Shown: positions 1 through 9,365, counted from the stretch's first letter. The stretch is DNA of 32,000 bases from Zymomonas mobilis subsp. mobilis ATCC 10988 (GCF_000175255.2 NC_017262.1:210001-242000), one strand, 5' to 3'. A program made the numbers and translations. The notes: generated by a model from the letters alone, not told the origin.

Positions 1-141
<141 letters not shown>

Positions 142-663
142 TTAAAAAGCATCCCGACCGCGCGCCATGGCTGCAATACCCGTGCGCGCGACTTCAACCA
201 AGCCCAATTCACCCATAAGCTCGAGAAATTTTTCAACTTTTTCAGTTGTGCCGGTAACTTCAAAGATAAAACTGGCAATGGTCGCATCAACTACCCGGGC
301 ATGATAAACTTCAGCCAAACGCAAGGCTTCGATACGATTATCACCCACGCCAACCACTTTAATAAGGGCTAATTCCCGTTCAACATGGGGGCCAATGGCT
401 GTCAAATCGACAACCCGATGCACCGGCGGCAGACGGTCCAACTGGTGAACCATCTGGTCGATGACATGAGGAAGGCCACTGGTCACAATGCTTAACCGGC
501 TTATGGCGTTATCTTTTGTGACATCCGCAACTGTCAGGCTTTCGATATTATAGCCTCTGGTAGAAAACATGCCTGAAATCCGGGCAAGAATACCAGCAAC
601 GTTATCAACAGTGACAGAAAGCGTATGGCGCTCTATCACTTCTCCACTATCCATGATGGGCAA
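142..663 (-). CDS. ilvH: acetolactate synthase small (regulatory) subunit
   Basis: 173-aa ORF with an N-terminal ACT-domain pattern (HTLSVTVDNVAGILARISGMFSTRGYNIESLTV). It starts 12 nt after the large-subunit stop on the same strand. Confidence 0.9.
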   Translation of the reverse strand: MPIMDSGEVIERHTLSVTVDNVAGILARISGMFSTRGYNIESLTVADVTKDNAISRLSIVTSGLPHVIDQMVHQLDRLPPVHRVVDLTAIGPHVERELALIKVVGVGDNRIEALRLAEVYHARVVDATIASFIFEVTGTTEKVEKFLELMGELGLVEVARTGIAAMARGRDAF

Positions 664-675
664 AGTCCTTAAAGA

Positions 676-2463
676 TTAACCGCGAATGGTGGTCGCAGAC
701 GGAGGCGCAGCGGAAGGGGTATATTCCGGCTTCTTGACATGGTTATCGGTGATATCCGATTCCAAAATCATTTCAGTCTGGCCGGCTCCCGGCGGCACCA
801 TGGGCAAACAATTCGCTAATTGAGCAACCTGACAATCAACCAAGACAGGCCCCGGCGTTTCCAACATCGTTTTGATGCCATCTTCAAGCTGGGAAGGCTT
901 CTCAATTTTAAGCGCATTCCAGCCATAGGCCTTGGCCAAAGCGACAAAATCAGGCAGCGCTTCTGAATAGCTTTGTGACCGGCGATGATCATAAAGCAAA
1001 TCTTGCCACTGACGCACCATGCCCATGAAACGGTTATTCAAGATGAAAATTTTCACCGGCAAACGATATTGAGCAACCGTAGCCATTTCCTGAATATTCA
1101 TCTGGAAAGAGGCTTCACCAGCAATCGTCATGCAGAGGCTGTCTGGATTACCGACCTGCGCGCCAATAATAGACGGGAAACCATAGCCCATCGTTCCCAA
1201 ACCACCTGAAGTCAGGAAATGATTGGGAGAGTCAAAACCAAAATATTGAGCGGTCCACATCTGATGCTGTCCGACTTCTGTCGAGACGATCGGATTCTTA
1301 CCCTTTGTGGCTTCCCACAGGCTACGGATAGCCTGCTGCGGCATGATCTCGTTACCCTGCTTGGTAAAGTTCAGGCATTGTTTGGCGCGCCATTCATCAA
1401 TCTGCACCCACCATGCCGAAATATCCTGCATCTGGTAATGCTTTTCTTTCCAAAGCGCGACCATGTCCTGCATGACTGATCCGACATCACCCACAATCGG
1501 TAAGTCCACATGGATGATACGGTTGATCGAAGAACGATCAATATCGACATGGATTTTCTTGGAATGAGGTGAAAAGCTATCAACCCGACATGTCACACGA
1601 TCATCAAAGCGGCTGCCAAGGGCAACCACTAAATCAGCGTCATGCATGGCAAAATTGGCTTCATAAGTGCCGTGCATACCAAGCATACCCAACCATTGCT
1701 GGGAAGAGGCTGGAAATGCGCCCAGGCCCATCAGGGTTGAGGTTACCGGAACACCCGTCAAGTCGGCCAATTCACGCAAGGCTTTGCTGGCATCGGGACC
1801 AGAATTGATAACGCCGCCACCAGTATAGAAAACCGGACGCTTTGCCTTGGCAATCATATCAAGAGCGTTGGTGATTTCGACTGGATCCGCTTTAACACGC
1901 GGACGATAACCGCGATGCATCCGCTTGTTAGGATCCGGTTTGATATAGTCGATAACCGCCGTCTGAACATTTTTCGGAAGGTCAATAACCACCGGTCCCG
2001 GACGACCGGAGGTCGCCAGATGGAAGGCCTCGACAATCGTCTGAGCTAAATCCTTCGGGTCGCGAACCAGATAGTTATGCTTGGTGCAATGGCGGGTAAT
2101 GCCGATGGTATCCGCCTCTTGGAAAGCATCGGTTCCGATTAAATTCGTGGCGACCTGACCAGAAAAAACAACCAACGGAATGGAATCAAGCATGGCATCA
2201 GCGATGCCGGTAACGGCATTTGTCGCCCCCGGACCTGAAGTCACTATAACAACACCGGGTTTTCCGGTCGACCGCGCATAGCCTTCTGCTGCATGGACAG
2301 CCCCGCCTTCTTGGCGAGCCAGAATATGCCGGATGCCTTCATCCTGATAAAGGGCATCATAAATGGGGAGAACTGCTCCGCCGGGATAGCCGAAGATCAG
2401 ATCGACACCCATATCCTTGAGTGTTTCAAGAACAATGGCGGCGCCGCTGAGTTGGCGACACAT
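676..2463 (-). CDS. ilvI: acetolactate synthase large (catalytic) subunit, ThDP/FAD enzyme
   Basis: 595-aa ORF with ThDP-enzyme motifs: GYPGGAVLPIYDAL, TSGPGATN, and GGLGTMGYGFPSIIGA followed by the NN of the ThDP fold. It is immediately followed by the small subunit and ilvC. Confidence 0.9.
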   Translation of the reverse strand: MCRQLSGAAIVLETLKDMGVDLIFGYPGGAVLPIYDALYQDEGIRHILARQEGGAVHAAEGYARSTGKPGVVIVTSGPGATNAVTGIADAMLDSIPLVVFSGQVATNLIGTDAFQEADTIGITRHCTKHNYLVRDPKDLAQTIVEAFHLATSGRPGPVVIDLPKNVQTAVIDYIKPDPNKRMHRGYRPRVKADPVEITNALDMIAKAKRPVFYTGGGVINSGPDASKALRELADLTGVPVTSTLMGLGAFPASSQQWLGMLGMHGTYEANFAMHDADLVVALGSRFDDRVTCRVDSFSPHSKKIHVDIDRSSINRIIHVDLPIVGDVGSVMQDMVALWKEKHYQMQDISAWWVQIDEWRAKQCLNFTKQGNEIMPQQAIRSLWEATKGKNPIVSTEVGQHQMWTAQYFGFDSPNHFLTSGGLGTMGYGFPSIIGAQVGNPDSLCMTIAGEASFQMNIQEMATVAQYRLPVKIFILNNRFMGMVRQWQDLLYDHRRSQSYSEALPDFVALAKAYGWNALKIEKPSQLEDGIKTMLETPGPVLVDCQVAQLANCLPMVPPGAGQTEMILESDITDNHVKKPEYTPSAAPPSATTIRG

Positions 2464-2616
2464 GCTTTATTTCCTTTTCGAAACCCCATGATCCAATCGC
2501 GATGATTGTCATGGTTCAGTTTGTAGCCTTGATAAGGGAAAGGCTAAAAATCTAAGTGAATTTAAAAACAGCAAAGGTAGAGGACGGCCTTAAAAGAATA
2601 AAACTATTCACGTCAA

Positions 2617-3555
2617 CTATATTGATAATAATTTTATTGCGAAATCGTCAATTTTTTTAAAATTGATGTCATCGAAAATTTTTATCCAACTCTCGTCCGT
2701 CTGATGACGAAACCACGTTCTCTGCCTTTTGGCATATTGACGGGTAGCTGCCTTTGCTTTTTCGATCATTGTTAATCGATCAATTTCCCCTCTTATATAA
2801 GACGCTATTTCTCTTACGCCAATAGCCCGCATAATCGGTAAATCTGCCGGTAATTGACGACCCATTAGTCGAATAACTTCTTTCTCGGCACCTTGTTCCA
2901 ACATTTGATCAAATCTTTTGTCGCAACGAGATCTCAAGATATTTGCTGGCGGTATAATGACAAAAGATTGCAATTTTATTTCATTGGCGATGCCGCCCGT
3001 TTTTTTCTGCTGCCAATAATGCAAAGGATGGCCCGTCGAACGCATCACTTCCAAAGCCCGCATAATGCGCGTCTTATCCGTCGGACGAAGCCTGTCTGCT
3101 GCCATCGGATCTTCTTGCTGTAGGGCACTATAAGCGTCTTCTACAGACATGGATCGGACTTCTTCACGTAGTTCGGGGGCAATATCCGGTATCGGAGCAA
3201 TGCCCTCTAGCAAGGTTCTGATATAAAGACCTGTGCCGCCGACCAGAATAGGAAGTCTACCACTTTCATGGGCATTTTTTATTTCTTTTTTAGCCAGTTC
3301 CGCCCAAAAAACAGCCGATGCGGGTTCGCTGCCATCCTGAATTCCAAAGAGACGATGGGGTAATATTTTTTCATCCGCATCGCTCGGACGGGCTGTTAAG
3401 ATTTGAAGATCCGTATATAATTGCGAGGCGTCGGCATTAATAATAATGCCGTTTGTTTTTATCCCCATTGCAATAGCTAATTGCGACTTGCCGCTTGCTG
3501 TTGGGCCTGCGATGAGGAGAACTGGATGTTTTTTAGGAGATTCGGATATGCTCAT
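2617..3555 (-). CDS. miaA: tRNA dimethylallyltransferase
   Basis: 312-aa ORF with the P-loop GPTASGKS at residues 17-24, then INADASQLY and GGTGLY blocks typical of MiaA. No alternative start lies between M1 and the P-loop. Confidence 0.9.
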   Translation of the reverse strand: MSISESPKKHPVLLIAGPTASGKSQLAIAMGIKTNGIIINADASQLYTDLQILTARPSDADEKILPHRLFGIQDGSEPASAVFWAELAKKEIKNAHESGRLPILVGGTGLYIRTLLEGIAPIPDIAPELREEVRSMSVEDAYSALQQEDPMAADRLRPTDKTRIMRALEVMRSTGHPLHYWQQKKTGGIANEIKLQSFVIIPPANILRSRCDKRFDQMLEQGAEKEVIRLMGRQLPADLPIMRAIGVREIASYIRGEIDRLTMIEKAKAATRQYAKRQRTWFRHQTDESWIKIFDDINFKKIDDFAIKLLSI

Positions 3556-4429
3556 TGCTACACTGATAGCAGCAAAATCCTTGCCCGTAGATGCTCTTGA
3601 TCAAGCTCGGTCGCTTCTGGCTTCAAAGGGCGGTAAAATCGGGGATCAGAAATGGCTGGCACCGGAAAAAGCGATTGATCTGTCCTTGGAAGATATCAGT
3701 CTGGCAGATGCACGGGCTGTTTTTTTTGATTCGATGCCGGGCATCGATGTATTTGTGCAAAATGACGAGCATCGTCGCAAAAAACTGCTGATATCCGATA
3801 TGGATTCAACCGCGATTGCGGATGAATGCATGGATGAGCTGGCGGATTATGCCGGTTTCAGAAAAGAATCCGAAGAAATCACGATCCGCGCAATGCGGGG
3901 GGAATTGAATTTTGACGAATCTCTGAAAGCCAGAACCAAACTTCTGGCGGGTTTGAAAACATCTGTGATTCAGGAATGCGTCCGCGATCGCATTCATTTA
4001 ACCCCGGGGATCAAAACGCTTATTCAGACGATGAATGCCAATGGCGCTCATTGTTTTCTGGTTTCTGGCGGTTTTCTTGATTTTGCTGTACCCGTTGCGA
4101 AAGAAATCGGTTTTGAAAAACCCTTTGCCAACACCTTGGAGGTCGAAGGCGATACATTGACAGGCCGGGTGCTTGATCCAATTTTAGGGCCTGAAACCAA
4201 AAAAGAAATTTTGCAGGAAGAATGCCAGCGTTTCGGTATTAAATTAGAAGAAACCATCACCTTGGGGGATGGCGCTAATGATATTCCGATGATCGAGGCC
4301 GCGGGCCTTGGCGTTGCTTATCATGCCAAACCACGCACAGTTTCTCACTCAGATGCTCATATCAGCTATGGTGATATGACAGCGATCCTTTTTGCCCAAG
4401 GCTATACGCCCGATGAATGGGTAAAATAA
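3548..4429 (+). CDS. serB: phosphoserine phosphatase (HAD superfamily, with N-terminal regulatory domain)
   Basis: HAD motifs are present: DMDST (DxDxT), SGGF and GDGANDIPM. The ORF track starts at 3446, but those 34 codons run antisense through miaA. I chose the ATG at 3548 (MLIATLIAAK...) as the likely start. Confidence 0.8.
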   Translation: MLIATLIAAKSLPVDALDQARSLLASKGGKIGDQKWLAPEKAIDLSLEDISLADARAVFFDSMPGIDVFVQNDEHRRKKLLISDMDSTAIADECMDELADYAGFRKESEEITIRAMRGELNFDESLKARTKLLAGLKTSVIQECVRDRIHLTPGIKTLIQTMNANGAHCFLVSGGFLDFAVPVAKEIGFEKPFANTLEVEGDTLTGRVLDPILGPETKKEILQEECQRFGIKLEETITLGDGANDIPMIEAAGLGVAYHAKPRTVSHSDAHISYGDMTAILFAQGYTPDEWVK

Positions 4430-4454
4430 GACCTTTTCCCTTTCTAAAATTTCA

Positions 4455-4492
4455 GAGGTGGCTTTATTCCTGTTAAAGCCACCTTTTATTTT
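4455..4492 (+). terminator. Rho-independent terminator after serB
   Basis: An 11-bp stem, aggtggcttta (4455-4465) / taaagccacct (4473-4483), has a 7-nt loop and is followed by a T-rich tract (ttttatttta). Confidence 0.6.
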
Positions 4493-4852
4493 ATCTTTTT
4501 CTTTATTCTTTCTTAGCTTTTCTGATTAAAAATTTTTGTAAATATAGCCAATATTTCCAATGAAATATCAGGTTAAAATATCTGTAAAGAACGAGAATTT
4601 TCTTATCACTTTAACGATAACTATTGGCATCATCAAAATCATCAAGAATTAATCAAAATTGAAATGACAGTTATGCCTTTTACTCTAAAAGGGATGTGCT
4701 TTCTGTCTTGGAATAAGGCCATATTTTTGTTAATTCATAATAAATAAAAAGGTAAATCATCTTCAATAGGGAATCGGATACTATAAATTTATAGCCGTTC
4801 ATCCGATCATCTCTGGCGCTGGATTAAGATAACGAGGGGCAAGCACAGTTTT

Positions 4853-6298
4853 ATGAATATCAAGGCTTTATTCGGGTCTGCGGTCGTCTTGGCAGTGGTG
4901 GCCTATGGGGCAACAACCTCTTATCTGGTTCATTACGATCATGAAACAGCGCCCAAACTTTCTTCGCTGTCCCCGACAAATAACAATCCGAAAGCTAAGG
5001 CTGCCTTTGATACAATTGCAGAAGCCCGCTGCGATTACTGTCATACCAAAGATGCTAAACTGCCTTTTTATGCTAGCTTGCCCGTTGCAAAACAGTTGAT
5101 GCAGCGTGACATCAAACGCGGGTTACAGCATTTCCAGATACAACCGGTTTTAAATGCCTTGGAAAAAGGCGAAGCGGTCGATGAAGAATCCTTGGCAAGA
5201 ATGCAGTTCGTCGTTGAGCATGACATGATGCCGCCGAAAATGTATCTTACCATGCATTGGCATGCCGCCCTTGGTGAAAAGGGCAAAAAGGCTATGCTGG
5301 AATGGATCAAGGAAAGCCGGATTAAAAATTATGATGCGGCTGGGCTTGTTGCGCCTCAATTTCAGTCGGAACCGATACAACCCATTCCGGCAGCTGATTT
5401 TTCTGACAAAGAAAAAATCGCCCTTGGGGAACGTCTGTTCTTTGATAAACAGCTTTCTGGCGATGGCACTTTAAATTGTGCCAGCTGTCACGGCCTGAAC
5501 AAGGGTGGGGTGGATAATCTCGTCACCTCTACGGGTATCAAAGGACAAAAGGGTCCCATTAACGCGCCTACTGTTTACAATTCGGTTTATAACAAACTGC
5601 AATTCTGGGATGGCCGAGCAAAAGATTTACAGGAACAGGCGGCGGGTCCTGTCATGAATCCTCTGGAAATGGGTTCCCATGATTGGGCAGAAGTTAGCAA
5701 GCGCGTTATGGCACAGCCGGGCTATAAAGAAGCCTTTACAAAGGTCTATGGCGGTCAGGCCAATCAGGAACGTATTACCAATGCAATCGCTGTTTATGAG
5801 GCGACTTTGGTAACGCCTGACAGTCGTTTTGACCAATATTTAAAAGGCCATGAAAACGCGATCAACGAACAGGAAAAACGCGGTTACGCGTTGTTTAAAG
5901 ATCTGGGTTGTGCTTCTTGCCATGTCGGTAAAGCGATGGGTGGTCAAAGTTTTGAAGTTATGGGACTTGAAGGTGACTATTTCGGTAAAAGAGGTCACCC
6001 AAGTGATGCCGATCAAGGCCGTTTCTCTCAAACGCATAATGCCCTTGATATGCATCGTTTCAATGTGCCAACATTACGGAATATTGAATTGACGGCACCT
6101 TATTTCCATGATGGCAGCGCCAAAACTTTGGAAGAAGCCGTTCGTGAAATGGTGCGCTACCAGACGCAGAAAGGCCAAATTCCTGAAAAGGATGTTCAGG
6201 ATATTGTGGCCTTCTTGAAAACTCAAACGGGAAGCTATCGCGGCCATAATCTGGCAACGATCACAGAAGAAGAAGCAGGCATATTGCCTTCTAAATAA
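4853..6298 (+). CDS. membrane-anchored tri-haem cytochrome c peroxidase (quinol-peroxidase-like)
   Basis: 481-aa ORF. It has an N-terminal hydrophobic helix (ALFGSAVVLAVVAYGATTSYLV) and three CxxCH motifs: CDYCH, CASCHG and CASCHVG. The body is that of a bacterial di-haem CCP (FWDGRA, PTLRNIELTAPYFHDG). Confidence 0.85.
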   Translation: MNIKALFGSAVVLAVVAYGATTSYLVHYDHETAPKLSSLSPTNNNPKAKAAFDTIAEARCDYCHTKDAKLPFYASLPVAKQLMQRDIKRGLQHFQIQPVLNALEKGEAVDEESLARMQFVVEHDMMPPKMYLTMHWHAALGEKGKKAMLEWIKESRIKNYDAAGLVAPQFQSEPIQPIPAADFSDKEKIALGERLFFDKQLSGDGTLNCASCHGLNKGGVDNLVTSTGIKGQKGPINAPTVYNSVYNKLQFWDGRAKDLQEQAAGPVMNPLEMGSHDWAEVSKRVMAQPGYKEAFTKVYGGQANQERITNAIAVYEATLVTPDSRFDQYLKGHENAINEQEKRGYALFKDLGCASCHVGKAMGGQSFEVMGLEGDYFGKRGHPSDADQGRFSQTHNALDMHRFNVPTLRNIELTAPYFHDGSAKTLEEAVREMVRYQTQKGQIPEKDVQDIVAFLKTQTGSYRGHNLATITEEEAGILPSK

Positions 6299-6326
6299 TC
6301 ATCCTCCTCTTTAAACAAGAGAACAG

Positions 6327-6378
6327 ATGCCTCTCTTCCAAAAGGATAAAATCCTAATGAAAGAGGGGCATTTTTTTA
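6327..6378 (+). terminator. Rho-independent terminator after the peroxidase gene
   Basis: The stem atgcctctctt (6327-6337) / aagaggggcat (6361-6371) has one mismatch. The loop contains an inner aggat/atcct hairpin, and a T8 run follows. Confidence 0.6.
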
Positions 6379-6395
6379 AAAATTAGCTGTTATCT

Positions 6396-7769
6396 GTGGT
6401 CAGCTTCGCTTATTCCAATGGTATGTTAACTATATCGCAAGCAGAAGAACAGGCAGCCCGTTTGGTGGCTGCTGCATGTCAAGCCGGAGCCGATGCGGCT
6501 GATGTTGTTTTTGTCCAAGGACAATCCCAAGATATTTCCGTTCGCTTGGGACAACTAGAAGATGTGGGTCGCTCTGAAGGCGCAGAGATCGGGTTAAGAT
6601 TGTTTATCGGACATCGTTCGGCCAGTGTTTCTTCTTCTGATTTTTCGAAAGAAGCCTTGGATGCCTTGGTTGAAAGAGCCGTTGCGATGGCACGCGAGGC
6701 GCCCGAAGATCGCTGGGCAGGCTTGGCACCAAAAGAATTGCTGATGCAGGGCGCAGCACCGGAAATCGAAAGCGATGATGGAAAAGAAATTGCTCCAGCC
6801 GTCTTGCGAGAGCTGGCCTTAAAAGCTGAGGATGCTGCCCGTTCAGTTGACGGTATTACAAATAGTGAAGGGGCTTCTGCCAGCGCAGGTCGCACGATTT
6901 TTGCCCTCGCGACGAGTGAGGGTTTCACTCGCGGTTCCAGCTCTTCAAGCTATGGCTGCTCTGCCTGTGTTATTGCAGGGCAGGGGGTTAATATGCAGCG
7001 TGATTATGATTTTCACGCCACCCGCTATTTTGAAGATTTAGACGCGGCTGAATTGATTGGGACAAGAGCCGCTGAACGGACAATTGCGCGATTGAATCCG
7101 ACGCGGATTGATAGCGGTCAAATGCCGATTATTTTCGATCCACGCGTCGGTAGCGGATTCTTATCCTATTTAATTCAAGGCATCAGCGGCGGCGCTATCA
7201 CGCGCAAGACCAGTTTTTTGTTAGACAGCCTTGGAAAGCCGGTTTTCAATGAAGGTATCACCATCAAAGAAGACCCTTGGCGGAAAAGAGGCATCGCCTC
7301 GCGTGCTTTTGATGGCGAAGGCCTACCAACAAAACCCAATAATATTATTGAAAAAGGCCGATTGAATGGCTGGTTGCTTGATTCAGCCGCCGCTCGTCAA
7401 TTGGGCATGACCCCGACTGGCCATGCCAGAAGAGGCGTCGGGGGGCCTCCGTCAACAGGAACGGCCAATCTTTATCTGGAAGCTGGAAAGGTCACACCCG
7501 AAGAATTGATGTCAGATATCAAGCTGGGTATTTATGTGACCGAAATGATTGGCAGTGGTGTCAATATGATTACGGGTGATTATAGCCGTGGCGCATCCGG
7601 CTTTATTATTCGTGATGGGCAGCTTGCGGAGCCTGTTGCCGAAATTACAGTTGCCGGTAATTTGAAAGACATCTTTATGCATATGGTGCCTGCCAATGAT
7701 CTGCGCTTCCGTCGCGGAACCGAAGTGCCGACTTTGCGGGTCGATGGATTGATGGTTGCTGGCCAATAA
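6396..7769 (+). CDS. pmbA: PmbA/TldE-family protein (TldD/PmbA metalloprotease partner)
   Basis: 457-aa ORF with TldD/PmbA-family architecture and a C-terminal glycine-rich region (GSGVNMITGDYSRGASGF). I saw no HExxxH motif, which favours PmbA over TldD. The start is uncertain: GTG at 6396 or ATG at 6423, neither with a clear SD. Confidence 0.75.
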   Translation: MVSFAYSNGMLTISQAEEQAARLVAAACQAGADAADVVFVQGQSQDISVRLGQLEDVGRSEGAEIGLRLFIGHRSASVSSSDFSKEALDALVERAVAMAREAPEDRWAGLAPKELLMQGAAPEIESDDGKEIAPAVLRELALKAEDAARSVDGITNSEGASASAGRTIFALATSEGFTRGSSSSSYGCSACVIAGQGVNMQRDYDFHATRYFEDLDAAELIGTRAAERTIARLNPTRIDSGQMPIIFDPRVGSGFLSYLIQGISGGAITRKTSFLLDSLGKPVFNEGITIKEDPWRKRGIASRAFDGEGLPTKPNNIIEKGRLNGWLLDSAAARQLGMTPTGHARRGVGGPPSTGTANLYLEAGKVTPEELMSDIKLGIYVTEMIGSGVNMITGDYSRGASGFIIRDGQLAEPVAEITVAGNLKDIFMHMVPANDLRFRRGTEVPTLRVDGLMVAGQ

Positions 7770-7792
7770 TCCTTCGCTAAAATTTTATTGAG

Positions 7793-7832
7793 AAAGGCAT
7801 GGCGGCAGAAGCCTCTGTGCCTTTTATTTTTT
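7793..7832. terminator. hairpin terminator between convergent pmbA and the transporter gene
   Basis: The stem aaaggca (7793-7799) / tgccttt (7818-7824) is followed by ttttatttttt on the plus strand. It overlaps the stop codon of the minus-strand transporter, so it could act in both directions. Confidence 0.5.
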
Positions 7833-8720
7833 GGGAATAAGCGGAAATAGAGCCGGTTTCCGTCCTTTCATAACCCAAGGTTGCCCCAGAAACAGCGCGA
7901 CCACCAATAATCCGGCAGCCCAAGCAAAGGATGGCGGGAAAGGATGACCTTTCATCCATAAGAAAAAACGGCTGGCAAAAGGTTCGATTGAAAAAATCAG
8001 CGCCATCGGGAAAGCCGACATAGCTTGTTGCGCCTTGTTTAAACAAAGTTGAGCCGCCGCCATCAAAATGGCCAAAACGATCAGCCCAAGGAAAATACCC
8101 GAATGAAAATCAAGCGGTAATGGGCGGGTTAAAAATAATGCGGCAGGGGTTATCCATACCGTTTGGGTAAGCAGGCCGATAACGGCCAAAGAAACCGGAT
8201 CAATAATACGCTTTTTCAAAACATAATGGTTGCCAAAGAAGAAAGCCGCAAAAGCAAAAGCAGCCATAAAGGCAAAAAGATAACCATTATTCCAGCTTTT
8301 AGGCCAAGAGGGCTGTGCCAAAATCGCCAATGCCCCAAAAGCAAAAGACGCTGATATTAAAGCTATAGCCCCAGAGCGCGAAAAAATTTTCTTTCTATAT
8401 TGTAACAAGAGAGCCATCACGACCACCAATGCCATGATCGTCGCGGTTTGTTGCGCTCCTATTTTGAGTAATCCGGCCATTTCCAGATAGAAAGAAGCCG
8501 ATTGCAAGGACGCTATTGCTATAGCCCAAAGCCATTTTTTGGCAGAGATCGCAGGCGGATGGCCTTGGACGATAATCAGAAAACAGGTGGCTAAGCCATA
8601 TCCTATCGCCATAACCGAGGCGAAAGCCGTATGATAAAAGGCTTGCCCCAAAACCAAAGACAGCGCGGTGTTAAGGAGCATAGCAAAAAAAGCTATCCCG
8701 AAATAAGCAAGCTGATTCAT
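7824..8720 (-). CDS. DMT-superfamily (EamA-like) integral membrane transporter
   Basis: 298-aa protein that is almost entirely hydrophobic, with about 10 predicted helices in two similar halves. This matches EamA/RhaT-type permeases. The substrate is unknown. Confidence 0.7.
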   Translation of the reverse strand: MNQLAYFGIAFFAMLLNTALSLVLGQAFYHTAFASVMAIGYGLATCFLIIVQGHPPAISAKKWLWAIAIASLQSASFYLEMAGLLKIGAQQTATIMALVVVMALLLQYRKKIFSRSGAIALISASFAFGALAILAQPSWPKSWNNGYLFAFMAAFAFAAFFFGNHYVLKKRIIDPVSLAVIGLLTQTVWITPAALFLTRPLPLDFHSGIFLGLIVLAILMAAAQLCLNKAQQAMSAFPMALIFSIEPFASRFFLWMKGHPFPPSFAWAAGLLVVALFLGQPWVMKGRKPALFPLIPKK

Positions 8721-8735
8721 CGGGATAGGATAGGC

Positions 8736-9365
8736 CTAAAGGCGAATAAATTCGCTACTTTTCGGTTCTAACAAATGTAACGAACCATTTTCGATCGCAA
8801 ACCATGCCCCATGCAGGTCGAGTTTACCTGCGGCTTCCCGATCTCGAACAAAGGGAAAACTACGGAGATTGGCAATACTGGTTCTGACGCCTTCATGTTC
8901 CAAACGGCAAGCAACATCAGATTCGTGGCCATGTTCGGCAACGACTCTGTCGCGGGCATCATCCAGCAAGGAAATCCAGCTTTTGATGAAGAAATCATCA
9001 TCTTCGTCTTCGCTTCCGGTGCCTTCCAAAGAAGCTTTGATACCGCCACAGGCACCATGCCCCATAACTAGAATATCGCTTACTTCCAGCTTGGTTACGG
9101 CATATTCAAGTGCTGCCGATACACCATGATGCCCTAATTCTCTTTCATAAGGCGGCACCAAGGCACCCACGACACGAATAACAAAAATTTCACCCGGATT
9201 GGTATCGAATATCTGGGCAGGATCAACGCGACTATCAGAACAGGCGATAACCAGAACCTTCGGGTTTTGACCTTTTGACAAATGCTCCCAACGATCATGT
9301 TGGTCTGTCCAGTCACCACTACGGAAGCGCTGATATCCCATAATCAGTTTCTGAAAGTCTATCAT
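8736..9365 (-). CDS. beta-class carbonic anhydrase
   Basis: 209-aa ORF with the beta-CA zinc-ligand motifs CSDSRV and HGACGG. Confidence 0.85.
   Translation of the reverse strand: MIDFQKLIMGYQRFRSGDWTDQHDRWEHLSKGQNPKVLVIACSDSRVDPAQIFDTNPGEIFVIRVVGALVPPYERELGHHGVSAALEYAVTKLEVSDILVMGHGACGGIKASLEGTGSEDEDDDFFIKSWISLLDDARDRVVAEHGHESDVACRLEHEGVRTSIANLRSFPFVRDREAAGKLDLHGAWFAIENGSLHLLEPKSSEFIRL

Noticed and set aside
2426-2512. Possible ilvI leader peptide (minus strand, MTIIAIGSWGFEKEIKHVSPTQRRRHCS) with Ile-rich beginning
   Set aside because: Three Ile codons in the first six are suggestive of branched-chain attenuation. However, there is no SD, the frame runs into ilvI itself, and no terminator/antiterminator pair follows. 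The nearby hairpin (2524-2546) has its T run on the wrong side.
3446-3547. N-terminal 34 codons of the serB ORF as listed in the track
   Set aside because: This stretch is antisense to the P-loop region of miaA and reads as hydrophobic filler (MPFVFIPIAIANCDLPLAV...). The SerB-like sequence begins at the ATG at 3548.
4560-4652. 30-codon ORF (MKYQVKISVKNENFLITLTITIGIIKIIKN) in the AT-rich peroxidase leader
   Set aside because: It has no RBS. Its I/K/N-rich composition is what random AT-rich DNA encodes, so it is probably not a gene or a type I toxin.
6479-6928. 149-aa minus-strand ORF antisense to pmbA
   Set aside because: Its Ala/Ser/Pro-rich composition is typical of a shadow frame. It is fully contained in pmbA and has no motif or RBS.
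7777-8046. 89-aa ORF overlapping the 3' end of the transporter gene in another frame
   Set aside because: It overlaps a coherent 10-helix membrane protein ORF on the same strand and has no independent support.
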